Below the pieces are notes generated by a model. The model saw nothing but the letters and a program-made list of their open reading frames with translations, was not told the origin of the DNA and searched no databases. A stretch of 62,859 nucleotides of DNA, filler included. It is 12 parts of 12 records of this genome, joined end to end, with 100 filler letters (N's around TTAATTAATTAA, not from the genome) between each part and the next. Parts side by side here need not be neighbours in the genome. Positions count along the whole stretch, not along the records: positions 20,925 to 27,251 come from SRR7504441_6227; positions 27,352 to 32,314 come from SRR7504441_6228; 10 more parts are not named here. One strand, written 5' to 3'. The translations under genes were made by a program, and so were the position numbers. This document shows positions 21,548-32,414 of the stretch, one piece after another. Numbering within the stretch: position 1 is the stretch's first letter; each line of letters opens with the position of its first letter.

Positions 21548-22628
21548 TCACATGTGGTCGGCCTCCCCGTTCAAAAGCTTCAAATACAGCTCGCGCGACC
21601 ACGGCTGCTCGCTGTCCAGCTCCACCGCCCCCATAATCCCCTCGTTTGGCCCAGCATCTGCCTCCTGCTTGCTTTGCCAATACTCCCCACTAAGAGCCGT
21701 CATGTCCAGCCCCCTTGCCCTCCCCGTCCGACCAGGCGCGGTCTGCGGCCTCTCGATCCGGCGCGGCACCGCCCCCTGCCCCCCGCGCTCTAAGACCGCC
21801 GGGCCCAACGGAAACCTCCGGTCGGATCTTTGCTGATCGAGCTCGTGGCTGCGGCTCGACAGGAGAACTGTGCTGGGGTCTGCCGATCAGCCCGAGCTGC
21901 CGCTTGGCCACCTGCCGGACCGTAACGGACATTCCAAAAATAGGCCACCTTCCGTTGCTTGGTCCGCCAGCGGGAGAAACGCCTCGCGCCGTGCCACGCA
22001 GGCAGCTTGGTGTCAACCCTGTGCGGGGCGTTCTTAATCATTTCTTGATCCGCTTGGACCTGACCGGCCAGTAACGGCAATAAACGTCCGTTGGGGCCCA
22101 CCTGCCGCCGCAGCGTCCACAAAAAGAGAGAATCGTGCCCGTTTTTGTACGCCAACGGCAGCTTTACATCCGGAGCGGGCTCCTGCAGCCCCACGGTGAG
22201 CTGCACAGCCATGTTTGGCCCAATGCCTTGCGGGCGCGCATTCGCTTGGAGTAGTGCAGCGCCTGCCGGGGCGGGGCGCAGTCTATGCGGGCGGTAGCCT
22301 TCTCGATCAGCCGCTTATGGTTCTTAGACTGTATGCAGGCGTGCTGCATCGCGCCATGGCTAAGGTGGAGCCGAATCGCCAGCGGGCAATCCTTCTTCGA
22401 GAAGGCCGTCAGCTCGAGCGGCACCGACTTCGGCCGGGACGGCTTGCCTCCGGCGGTGGCCGGTCGGCGCTGTTTTATCCGGTCTGCCATCAGCGCCAGC
22501 TGGCCGGCCCAGCCGTGAGGCTCGAGCTCGAGTTCCGTTGGGATAACAGACGGGACCAGATCGTCCGGGTCCAGCGCCCAGGACAGCTCCGACGACCCGG
22601 CCGAGCTCGGCCGGCTGGCACCCGGCAT
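21548..22628 (-). CDS. Uncharacterised protein, possibly ciliary (CFAP97-like repeats), 4 introns
   Basis: Four 37-44 nt introns (one GC-AG) join MPGASRPSS... to ...LLNGEADHM*. Two repeats HKRLIEKATARIDCAPP / DQEMIKNAPHRVDTKLP and an RPQTAP motif. Confidence 0.6.
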
Positions 22629-22675
22629 CGCCCCTCCTCCTCTGCAAGTGCTGCTCCGTGTCCGAATTGGGCTTG

Positions 22676-22682
22676 CAACGGA
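22676..22682. promoter_or_regulatory. YAACGGA motif in divergent promoter
   Basis: CAACGGA centred in the 102-bp gap between ATGs at 22628(-) and 22731(+). Confidence 0.5.
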
Positions 22683-22730
22683 AAGAAAACTCAAAATCCC
22701 CCGGGAGTGTCGACCCCGAGGGGAGCCGCC

Positions 22731-25057
22731 ATGCCGCTGGACGAAGCGAAGCTCTCGGAGGCTTTGGCGCTGGCCAACCGGCACGCCAACCCGGCCCCGC
22801 ACCTCGGGATGAGCCCCGCGCGTGTCGGGGTGCTCGGCGGCGGCCAGCTCGGCCGCATGATCGCGGAGGCCGGGCACAGGCTCGGGGTCCGCGTGGCCGT
22901 CCTGGACCCCGCCGGGCCCGAGTCGCCGGCCGGGCAAGTGGTGAGCCCGGGCATGGCGCTCACCGGCTCGTTCAAGCAGCCGGACAAGATCGCAGAGCTG
23001 GCCGCCGCCGTGGACGTGGTCACGGTGGAGATCGAACACGTTAACTGCGACGCGCTGGCCGAGCTCGAAGCGGCCGGGAAGCGGGTGGCGCCATCCGCGG
23101 CGGTGATCAAGCTGATCCAGGCGCCCCGGGCGGTGCTTTCCGTTGGCCGACCGCTGGTGGCAGGACAAGTTCCTCCAGAAGCAGGCGCTGGCGGCGGTGG
23201 GGATCGCTACGCCCGAGTTCCGCTCGGCCGACAGCCCTGACGAGGCCGCGCAGCACGCCGAGCAGCTCGGATACCCGTTCATGCTCAAGGCACGCACAGG
23301 CAGGCTCGCCCGGTCCCCACGGGCCGAGCCTCAGCCGCAGGAGCTTACGACGGAAGAGGCAACTTCGCGGTTCAGAGCCCTGCGCAGCTGAACGAGGCGT
23401 TCGCGGCCCTCGGGGGTCGGCCGGGCTGGGCTGTCCGTTGGTTACGGCGGGGCCAGGTGAGATGCTGTACATGGAGCAGTGGTGTCCGTTCGAGAAGGAG
23501 CTGGCGGTGATGGTTGTCCGGTCGTCCTCGGGGCAGGCGCGCGCGGGGCCGGTAGCTGGATTTGAGCCCCCCGGGCAGGTGGCTTGCTACCCGGTAGTCG
23601 AGACAGTCCAGCGCGACTCGATCTGCCACCGCACAATGTGCCCCGCCCAGATTCCTCCGAGCGTCGAGCAAGAAGCGAAGGAGGTGAGCAGCTGAGCTCT
23701 GGGTGCTGCTGAGCGGTGGCACAGCTGGCCCTGCGGGTAGTGGAGGAGGCGCTCCCGTCGGCGGTGGGAATATTCGGAGTGGAGCTGTTCTGGTGCGAGC
23801 AGCAGGTTAACATTATTTCCCTAATAAGGAAGGTGTTAAGAGGAAGGTGCAGGGCGTGCTGCTAAACGAGATCGCGCCGCGGCCGCACAATTCAGGCCAC
23901 TACACGATCGAGGCCTGCGGCACCTGCCAGTTCGAGATGCACCTGAGGGCCGTGCTTGGACTCCCTCTCGCCGGCGCTGAGCTGGTGGTCGGTGCTTCGC
24001 TCATGCAGGTGTTGCTTTATTGATGATTATAATGACGATGATTATATACTAAGGAGGTGCCGGTTGCAGAACTGTCTGGGCGCCGAGAGCGAGGAGGCGA
24101 CGATGGCCCCGCTGCACAAGGCGCTGGAGGTGCCGGGCGCCTCGGTGCATTGGTACGCCAAGAAAGGTCGAGCGCTGTGCTAGCGGTCAAGGCTTGACCC
24201 GTGGTCAAGGTCAAGTCAAGCCCGGGCGCAAGATGGGCCACTTCACCGTCTGCGGCGACTCGCCCAGCCAAGTGGCTGCAAGACTCACCGAGGCAACAGC
24301 TGCGCCTCGTGCCGCCGCCGAGTCGTCGGCAGATCGTCGGCCCTGACCCTCAGATCGCGCAGCTGTGCGGGCCCCCCCTTAGCTGCGGGGCCCCCCTTAG
24401 CGGCCGGCCGGAGGTTGCGGTGATCATGGGCTCGGACTCGGACCTGCCCACCATGGCCGACGCCTGCAAGTGCGCCTCCCACCGGATGCGCTGACTATCT
24501 GACACAGAATGCTCGACCGGTTCGGGGTTAAGTACCAAGTGACTATAGTCTCAGCCCACCGGACCCCCCGCCGGCTGATGCAGTTTGCCTCCACTGCTGT
24601 GGCCCGAGGGCTCAAAGTGATCGTCGCCGGGGCCGGCGGAGCAGCGCACCTGCCAGGGATGGTGGCGGCTGTGACGCCTCTGCCAGGTGCCTCCTCATGC
24701 CTGGCTTGGACGAGGTTGCGGTGTGCAGTGATTGGCGTGCCAATCAAGACTTCAGCGCTGAGTGGGGTCGACTCGCTGCACTCGATCGTGCAGATGCCGC
24801 GCGGCGTGCCTGTGGCCACGGTTGCGATCGGGAATGCGACCAACGCAGGGTTGCTCGCGGTCAAGATGATCGGCTGTGGAAATCCGAGGCTGCTAGCTGA
24901 GCTGGAGGCGTATGCGGCCGAGCAGGAGAGTGCAGTGATGGAGAAGGTGCGCCGGGTTGTGGGGGGGGTGATTGTGGGGGAGGTGGGGAGGCTGGAGGGC
25001 GAGGGCTACGAGGAATATTTGCGCGGGATGGAGAATCAAAGCAAAGTGGTGATGTAG
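22731..25057 (+). CDS. ADE2: AIR carboxylase, PurK-PurE fusion, 12 introns
   Basis: [108 protein letters not shown]. Twelve introns of 36-61 nt, four with GC donors. Confidence 0.96.
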
Positions 25058-25384
25058 GGACACTAGGGGACAGAGGCGCTTGCATTGAGTGTTTGGTCGA
25101 GTAATGCAGATGATACTGGATCAGAGCGTCATAGAGCACACTGATTATGGACTCACATACTGTTAGTGTGTCATGCCGGGCTCACATAGCGTACGAGTAG
25201 TAGTTCATTAAAATTAATTACATGGTGATTGTTAAACCTTAAGTTATTGTATCGTTCGATCTCTACATAAAGAGCCCGCTACCTAGTGTATTCACTAGAC
25301 CGGTGTGGTCTTTACAAGTGTGATCGCACTACATCAGTCTACATGTAGTCTACATGTAACCTCATTTCGCATCTTGACATAGCC

Positions 25385-26995
25385 CTACTCAGCTGTCTCC
25401 TCGGCCGCCGCTAGCTTCTCGAGTTTGGCTTGGTTGCTCAGCTCCTTGGCGTGTCGCCGTTTATACGCTTTCTGCGCCAGTAGCACAGCGCCCACCTGGG
25501 TTGGCTCGCACGGCCAGCATAGCGACGGGTTGCACCATCCCTATTGTGTCGCCCATCTTGGAAGGAACGATGTAATGCGAGATCTCCGCACTGCCCGCCC
25601 GCTCACCTCGTGTGCTGCACTGCTGTGCTAACATATACAGCAGTATTATGCACTGTGCTAGTATAATTATACAGCAGTACTGTGCTAGTATATACAGCAG
25701 TATTATGCAGTACCTTGTCAGCTCCGGGCGCTCGACATAATCTTGGAGCAGCACCTGCCCTTATCTTAGAACAATTCCATACTACAGAATACAGAGACTA
25801 TACTATATACTATATACAGCAGTAGACCTGCACGCGGGCCCTTATCTTGTGGAACAAGACCTCTCGCTTCATCACCCCACCTGCCGGACCCGCTCCGACC
25901 ACTAGCACTGCCCAAGACCCTATATACTGGTACACAATACTGTAGTACTAGACCGCACCGGACAGCACAATCCTCTCGGGGGAGACTAGTAGGACCATAT
26001 TCGCACACAGCGTCGCCAGGTAATGTGCAGTCGCGTCCCACACCTCGGCCCCGGCTCACCAACAGGCCCCAACCGACCGCACCGGGTGGTCGTCTGGAAG
26101 ATCCGCCAGTCCCGACGGCGGCACCCCGGCTCTCAACGCTATCGCGCCCGCACAGGCCATTGATTCGGTATCTATCCCGCTGAATGGGGCGGCCGGATTC
26201 GTGGTCGGGGCGGTGTCGCCTGGGAAGGGCTGGACGCACCTGGGCCGGGTCATTAACGGAAATTAACGGCATGTCACAGGTGCCCGCCCTCGGGGTGAAG
26301 CAGCCCATGGACCGTCCGAGAGTTGACCACTAGTCCGACCCCGATCCCGGTGCCAACAGTCACGTACACGCAGGACGTGTCGCCCGGACGCCGGAAATAC
26401 TCAAACTGGCCGATCCAGTCAGAAGGTAACGGAAATCCGTTACCTCGGCCATCGCCGGCGCGTTCACGTCGGTGTCGAACTCGAAAGGCAGATGCTCCAC
26501 CCCTGCCAACGGTAACGGACATCTCCGGCGAGTAACGGACCTTCCCGGAGCGGCGTGAGGATGTCGGTGTTGCGCCATGCCTGCCCCCCGGGGCTGATGT
26601 CCGTTAGGGCCGCAACGGTCACCGCTTTGGGCGTGTTCGTTATGTAGCCGTAACGGGGCGAGGTCTTGTGCAGCTCGACGGGGCCGAACGAGGCCACTCC
26701 GAGCGCGTCAAAGCTCCTGGACCAACGGTAACGGACACCAACGGTAACGGCACCGGGCGTCCAGCCACTGCTTGACCTTGGCCAGCGTCTCGTCCGGGCT
26801 GGTTGTGGGGAAGACGGCGGACTCCACGATGTTAGTGGGGTGCGACACGGCCAGCGCCACCCGCCAGGTGGTGCCGCCCGCCTCCACACCGGCGAACACC
26901 GGCTCCTCGTACCGCCGCACCGGGTCGCACCAGATCACCCGCCCGCCCAGCCCCGAGCCCGCCGCAGCAGCGCAGCCGATCAGTCCTCGCCGCAT
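25385..26995 (-). CDS. ROK-family sugar kinase (fructokinase-like), 10 introns
   Basis: GVEAGGT, FPTTSPDET, GVASFGP, YGYITNTPK, DTDVNAPA, YVTVGTGIG, GLLHPEGGH, SPERIVLSGGV. Introns 26717-26753, 26581-26622, 26503-26540, 26406-26443, 26240-26277, 26044-26082, 25881-25958, 25755-25827, 25591-25713, 25496-25535. Confidence 0.93.
25591..25827 (-). repeat. AT-rich intronic minisatellite shared by adjacent introns
   Basis: TACTGCTGTATA...AGCACAG unit three times in intron 25591-25713; TACTGCTGTATATA also opens intron 25755-25827. Confidence 0.8.
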
Positions 26996-27351
26996 CGCCC
27001 AAAGCCACAATCAGCCGTTATCAGCGAGGTTGGCCTCGAAGCCACGCTCGAAGCTCAACTCCACGCAATATGGCAGTGCGCGCGGCCTGCCCGGTCTGGC
27101 CGGCCGATGAGTACACGTAGCGCTCCACGTGGCTCTTTTGCGGCCCCGGCATGCTCGTGGCCCGCCCCTCTGCCCTGATCTCTGAGGCTTCAAGAAAATC
27201 GCGAAAGCCGGGGGCCAGATTAACTGCAACTAGACGACCGAGCAGGACACGNNNNNNNNNNNNNNNNNNNNNNNNNNNNNNNNNNNNNNNNNNNNTTAAT
27301 TAATTAANNNNNNNNNNNNNNNNNNNNNNNNNNNNNNNNNNNNNNNNNNNN

Positions 27352-27560
27352 TCCAGGGCGTTCAACGGCGAGGTGCGCTCCAGCTTCAGGTTGCTTTGAC
27401 TGATCGGCGGGGGCAGGTGCTGGAGGAGGAGATGGTCTATGCCGGGGTGCCGACGAGGCGGATGCTTGGAGTGAGGCAGGCAAGTATGCCCGCTCTGGAC
27501 AAGCTCGTGCAGCCTGTGGCTGGGCCTGTGGAAGTGACGGAGGGCAAAATGGTGCCGTAG
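27352..27560 (+). CDS. 3' end of an unknown gene, 1 intron
   Basis: SRAFNGE|VLEEEMVYAGVPTRR...GKMVP* after removing a 44-nt GT-AG intron. Confidence 0.5.
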
Positions 27561-27718
27561 GAGGATGAGGGCCGGAGGCTGCTAGCTTGAAGAAACATAC
27601 TACTCGAGTAGTGCTCGAGTAGTGCTCGAGGGCTTGATAAAGCAGTCAAGGACAAATTTATAATTATGGTCAATGATGAGTCGACGAGTACTGTATGATT
27701 GGTCTGTGATTTATCAAT

Positions 27719-28963
27719 TTATGATTCTATCTCGAGAATACAAAGTAGGTCGAACACATCATTGCACACCTCCAGCGGCAACATGGCACAGGTTGCCATC
27801 GACACGAGCATCGCTACCATTCTAGCACGCATCTCCACATCCACCGGCCGCGTGACCGTGGCGACCCAGCAGTCGTCGTAGTAGCACACCTGCGGCCCGC
27901 CTGAATCAGCGGCAACTACTAGCCTCGCACATCCGGCCGCAGCCTGCCGCCGCCGAACATCACAACCTTGGCCTCCAGCCTGGTCCCCTCCCGCCGAGGC
28001 CGCAACTCCGTGAGCGTCATCCCTCCAGCCCACCGAATGAGCCGGCCCGCGAGCCGGGCCCGCACCGTTCCTCGCCTCCCACCCGCCCGGCTCCGCCCGC
28101 ACCCACCGGCCGCTCTGCAGGCAAAAGACCCAAGTGTCGTTGAGGAACTCTGTGAGACCTGAGTGCATGCAGACCGTAGAGCCGCCCACCAGCACCAGCC
28201 CGCCCAAGCTCGCGGCCATCCCATGGCAGAACCTACCGCATGGCCCGGCCTCCCCAGCCGCCTCGGCTACAAGCTCGAGCCGCGTGCCGGCCAGCCGGAG
28301 CGCCGTGAGCTTGCGTGGGAACATCTCTTCCAAGGTCTCTGCCCGCACGTACTGGCCTCCGAACGAGAACGCCAGCCCCTCGTGCACTGTGCACGCGCTG
28401 AACGCTGTGCACGCGCCCTGGGGCCACCAGCTTGCGCTGTGCAGGCAGTCGGCCAGCGCCAGCCGGCCCCAGCTCCAGCTGTCCAGGTCCAGACACGAGA
28501 TCTGGCCCTCGGGCTCCGGCTCGGTCCCGCCCCACACCAGCATCTGCCGACCCGCCAGCCCCGCCGAGTGCCCCCGTCGGCGAGGCGGCGGCTGGCCAGA
28601 GCATGACCTGTGCCGCCAGACCGGGGGGTCGAGTTGGAGCACCATCGTGTCGTTCAGGGTGAACTCCTCCGACGAGAAGCCGCCGGTGGTTCCCCCATGC
28701 ACCACCAGCCCATCGCCCTCCAGCACCGCCGTGTGCCCCCGCCGGGCGACGAACTGGTCGCCAGCGGTGCGCACGCGGGTCCAGCGCCAGTGGACAGTGC
28801 ACAGCTGCCACAGGTCGGCCAGGTGGCACATCTCGCCATCCACCAGCGCCCCGCCCCCGATCAGCCAGAGCAGCGAGCCCACCCGCGTGACCGTGTGAGA
28901 GCAGCGGGCCGCCGGCCGCTCGCCGGGCTCCACCGCAACCTGCTGGAATCCCGTCACCTCCAT
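27719..28963 (-). CDS. Kelch-repeat protein, 2 introns near the 3' end
   Basis: Repeated ARxxH...L.GG...D.W units (ARCSHT, ARRGHT, RRRGHS, GRFCHG, ARNG). Confidence 0.88.
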   Translation of the reverse strand: MEVTGFQQVAVEPGERPAARCSHTVTRVGSLLWLIGGGALVDGEMCHLADLWQLCTVHWRWTRVRTAGDQFVARRGHTAVLEGDGLVVHGGTTGGFSSEEFTLNDTMVLQLDPPVWRHRSCSGQPPPRRRGHSAGLAGRQMLVWGGTEPEPEGQISCLDLDSWSWGRLALADCLHSASWWPQGACTAFSACTVHEGLAFSFGGQYVRAETLEEMFPRKLTALRLAGTRLELVAEAAGEAGPCGRFCHGMAASLGGLVLVGGSTVCMHSGLTEFLNDTWVFCLQSGRWVRAEPGGWEARNGAGPARGPAHSVGWRDDAHGVAASAGGDQAGGQGCDVRRRQAAAGCARLVVAADSGGPQVCYYDDCWVATVTRPVDVEMRARMVAMLVSMATCAMLPLEVCNDVFDLLCILEIES

Positions 28964-29048
28964 CAGGACGGGAGACAGTCGGAGCTCCGCGTCGGTTTGC
29001 TCTGGCCCAGTCCTCCGGTCTGCCGGTCAGGTGCGACAAAAAACAAAA

Positions 29049-29534
29049 ATGGCTGGCTCTGCCAGGACAACGCACCCGGCTCTCCCAGGACACTGGCGCC
29101 AGGCTCAGATACTACTGGCGCTGGCCTGCTTGTGCGCGGTGGCGTCAGCGGGCTGCAGCTGGCACGGCCTGCCCTACGAAATGGACATCTGCACCCTGCT
29201 CTACCACAACCGCACCGGGGCCCTGCCGCCCGCCAGGATGCTGCCAGCGGTCCAATCCGCGGTGCTGAGGGCCGCGAACAGGACCAATACGCCCATCCAA
29301 ACGGGCAGCAAGCCGCTCGAGTGCGTGGGCTGCATCGTGGGCCTAACCTTTGGCGAGCTCACAGCAGCGAACTTTGGGGCGGCGGCGGAGGCGTGCAGGC
29401 TGTGCTCCTGCAAGAACCTGACCCAACCTCAATGCACCAACGCAATCGACGATGCGCTCTATGCTGTGATTGCGGCCATGCCCGCGCTCGCAGTCTCGGT
29501 CTTTGAGGGGTGCAAGTCGTTGTGTGTCAACTAG
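29049..29534 (+). CDS. Small secreted Cys-rich protein, saposin-like C-terminal domain
   Basis: A probable GC-AG intron 29052-29102 directly after ATG gives MAQILLALACLCAVASAG; C-terminal CVGC...CKNL...QCTNAID...GCKSLC spacing resembles saposin B. Confidence 0.65.
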   Translation: MAGSARTTHPALPGHWRQAQILLALACLCAVASAGCSWHGLPYEMDICTLLYHNRTGALPPARMLPAVQSAVLRAANRTNTPIQTGSKPLECVGCIVGLTFGELTAANFGAAAEACRLCSCKNLTQPQCTNAIDDALYAVIAAMPALAVSVFEGCKSLCVN

Positions 29535-29812
29535 GTTAAGGAAGCGCAGGCGTATGTTACGTTTATGTACTGCATTGTACGACGAATAATTAACGAATAA
29601 TGTCATGAATCGACGACTAAAATAGGGCTTGAAGCTAGTTTGAAGCAATACTTACAGCATGCAACATAAGTGCACGTAGCCGGCATATGGCCGGCATACC
29701 GAGTTAATACGAGTACCGAGTCATAACCGAGTCAGAGCACTTACGTACAATCATGTAATACAACGTTCGGGTACATGTCTACTTAATTATGTATTGTGAT
29801 TTGTGAACATTG

Positions 29813-32314
29813 CTATAATTGTCCACTCGCTCGTGCTTCGCTATTCAACTCGTTCGCTTGAAGGTCGTCTAGCTCCTCCCCGGCTTGATCATGATTGTCG
29901 TTAATATTGGTCGACTGCGTCAACTCGTTCAAAATTGGAGTCCTTCGTAGCCGCGATGCGCGTATTGACTTACTGGGCTTGCGCGAGCCTGTCCTTCGCA
30001 GAGTGCTTCGCAGCCCGTCACCGCGCGAGCCTGTTCTTCGCAGCCCGTCATTGGACGCGGATCCCGAGATCTCGTCATAGGCCACAGCATCAATGATCAA
30101 AGCAATGATTCGCTTACCATGATCTGGCACACAATTTGTATCAGTAAACGCGCAAGGTTATCGGGCGGTACCTTTTGCATATGTCAACTGACCCTCACAC
30201 CAGGCTGAACACAAGAATTCTCGAGTAATGAGAAGCAAGCAAATCTGGGCCTCGTCGCAACGGTTGAACCATTTCGGATCTCCAGCCTCAAATACAATCG
30301 TCGACGCTGTAGCGTGCTCATAGATTGCAGCTTCAAGCTTGGTGGCTACTTCCATGTCGTCGTGCACAAATATGGCGGTTGGAATTTGCTCGGATGGGTT
30401 CACACCAACACTCCGTGGACTGAACCATGACCGCGTTGCACCCATGGACGTCAGTGCAATCGTCAGCTCTTGCATGTTGTTACTCTCGTCACTATGGAAC
30501 GGCCTCATGTCACTCGGTACCTTGAGCACATCGTGCGATCCAATCACAGAAGCGTACTTGGGCAGACGGCGCATGGTGAGTGCATAGTCACTCCGGTCAG
30601 TCGAATTCTGAAACTGGATGGCTGCCTTGAGGGCGGCAAGGGCTGTCGGGTCTGTATCAAAGTCTGCAACACAGTCAAGCCCTCAGTCGCAGCAGCCTCT
30701 ATTGGCAGCAGACCTTGATTTGGAGGGACACGGTTATGCCGGTTCAGAACACTGCACAGAAAAGGCAGCCAAGGGTACTCGGCTACGTGCTCCGCTCGCT
30801 TGTTCATCGCATCTTTGAACGCCTGGCAATCGCACAACACAGGTACAATCGCCATGTCCCGCTGGCATGCCCATAACACGCCCGCAAAGCAGGCCTCGCT
30901 GTGCAAGAACTTGTCGGTGAGCACAGGTATCAGAACCCCGGCTTCTGCCCAAGAGTCCTTGACGCTTTGGCCATAGCAAGACAGCACCCCGTGTTGATTC
31001 AGCGCAGTCGACAAGGCCAAGGCAAACTCTTCGTGTTCGGAGTCGTAAAGCAGCACTCCCTGCATGTTGCTACCCTGCTGAAGGAACGGCAACAATTGGT
31101 TCACCAACTCAGCCAAGTGATCAAAGAAGGCGCAAGTTTTGCAGGGCGGCTGTGGTGACAGGTCGCCAATGTCGATTTCATGCGCATCAGTGGTATCGTC
31201 GGCAGTTTTGGTAGAAGCTTTTGCCAGGGCCGAAGGCACAATCTGCTTGAAATACCGGCTGTATGTGGCTGCCCTGGTCTGTGACTGTGCATCTGTCTCG
31301 GCCATTGCTGATGCCCAGCCGTCGGGGTCCGCCTGATAGCAGACCGCTGACAATCCGACACTTTCAGCCCTGGTGGCCTCCTCGTAACAAGCATTTGAAC
31401 CCAAATAATTGGACGAGAGCACCGGAAGAAAGACCTTGGCCGACTCAAGCCGGTCAAAGTACCAAGCTCTCCAATCGTCCCCCGACGGCACCTGCGTCCC
31501 ATCGGCTGTGCTGATTCCGAGCACGTTTAGAGCCTGCCTCAGCCGCTTCATCTGGGTGACCTGCGTGCTTTGATAGCTTATAATCACATCAAGGTGGCCA
31601 TCAACACCCGGCAGCGCAGGCAGCTCGATTTCGCGCTCCCAGAAGAACGGATGCGCCAGCACCTCCTCCATGGTCTGGACCCGTGCGTTGGGGTTACCCT
31701 GCAGGCAGCGGGCGAGCAGATCTGTCGCCACCAGCCGCCGGGCGTCTGAACAGTCTGGCAGCACCGGGCTCAGCTGATCGTCTGACAGATCCTGCCAGGT
31801 GGCCAGCAGCATGCAGCCGTTGGCCGAGGCTAGCTTGCCTTCGACCAGCGAGTGCTGGAATAAGGGCAACCCAGTGACCAGCGAGTAGAGTATTACCCCA
31901 AACGCCCAGATGTCCACTGTGGGCTGGGCGGTGATGGTCGGCAGCACCTTCGGAGTGTTCGGACCACCTCCGGACTGGCAGGCTCTGAACGGCAACAACT
32001 GCACACAGCGCTCTCAAGCCGGAGCCCATGCAGGGCACCTCAATCATGTACTCGGGTGGCATGTAAGCCTCCGTGAATCGGCCGGGCCGGAGCTGCTCGC
32101 CTATGGGGACCGACGCATCCAGGTCTATCAGCAGTAGCCGGCCCTCGGTCGAGATTATGTTAAAGTGCTTCAGGTCACCTGCCCGAGCTCACCGCCCGCA
32201 CCCTTTGCTGCAGACCGTGCACTATCCCGTGCTGGTGCAGGTGGTGGACCGCCTTGGCGATCTCCAGTGCGAACTGCCGGATCTTCCGCAGGTCCTTGCC
32301 CGCAAAGTCCTGCT
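29813..32314 (-). CDS. Protein kinase fused to three TIR-like domains, 5' truncated, 4 introns
   Basis: HGDLK, IDLDAS, YMPPE, DIWAFG; then DVIISYQ...FLPVLSSNYLGSNACYEE, LIPVLTDKFLHSEAC, LLLITREFLCSAWCEGQL. Introns of 37, 40, 50 and 48 nt restore one frame. Confidence 0.85.
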
Positions 32315-32414
32315 NNNNNNNNNNNNNNNNNNNNNNNNNNNNNNNNNNNNNNNNNNNNTTAATTAATTAANNNNNNNNNNNNNNNNNNNNNNNNNNNNNN
32401 NNNNNNNNNNNNNN

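Noticed and set aside
24366-24401. 18-nt tandem duplication in ADE2
   Set aside because: In-frame duplication ([12 protein letters not shown]) in the PurK-PurE linker; ordinary slippage.
25496-26753. Nucleosome-periodic intron spacing
   Set aside because: Donor-to-donor distances range from about 80 to 195 nt with no clear period in this small sample.
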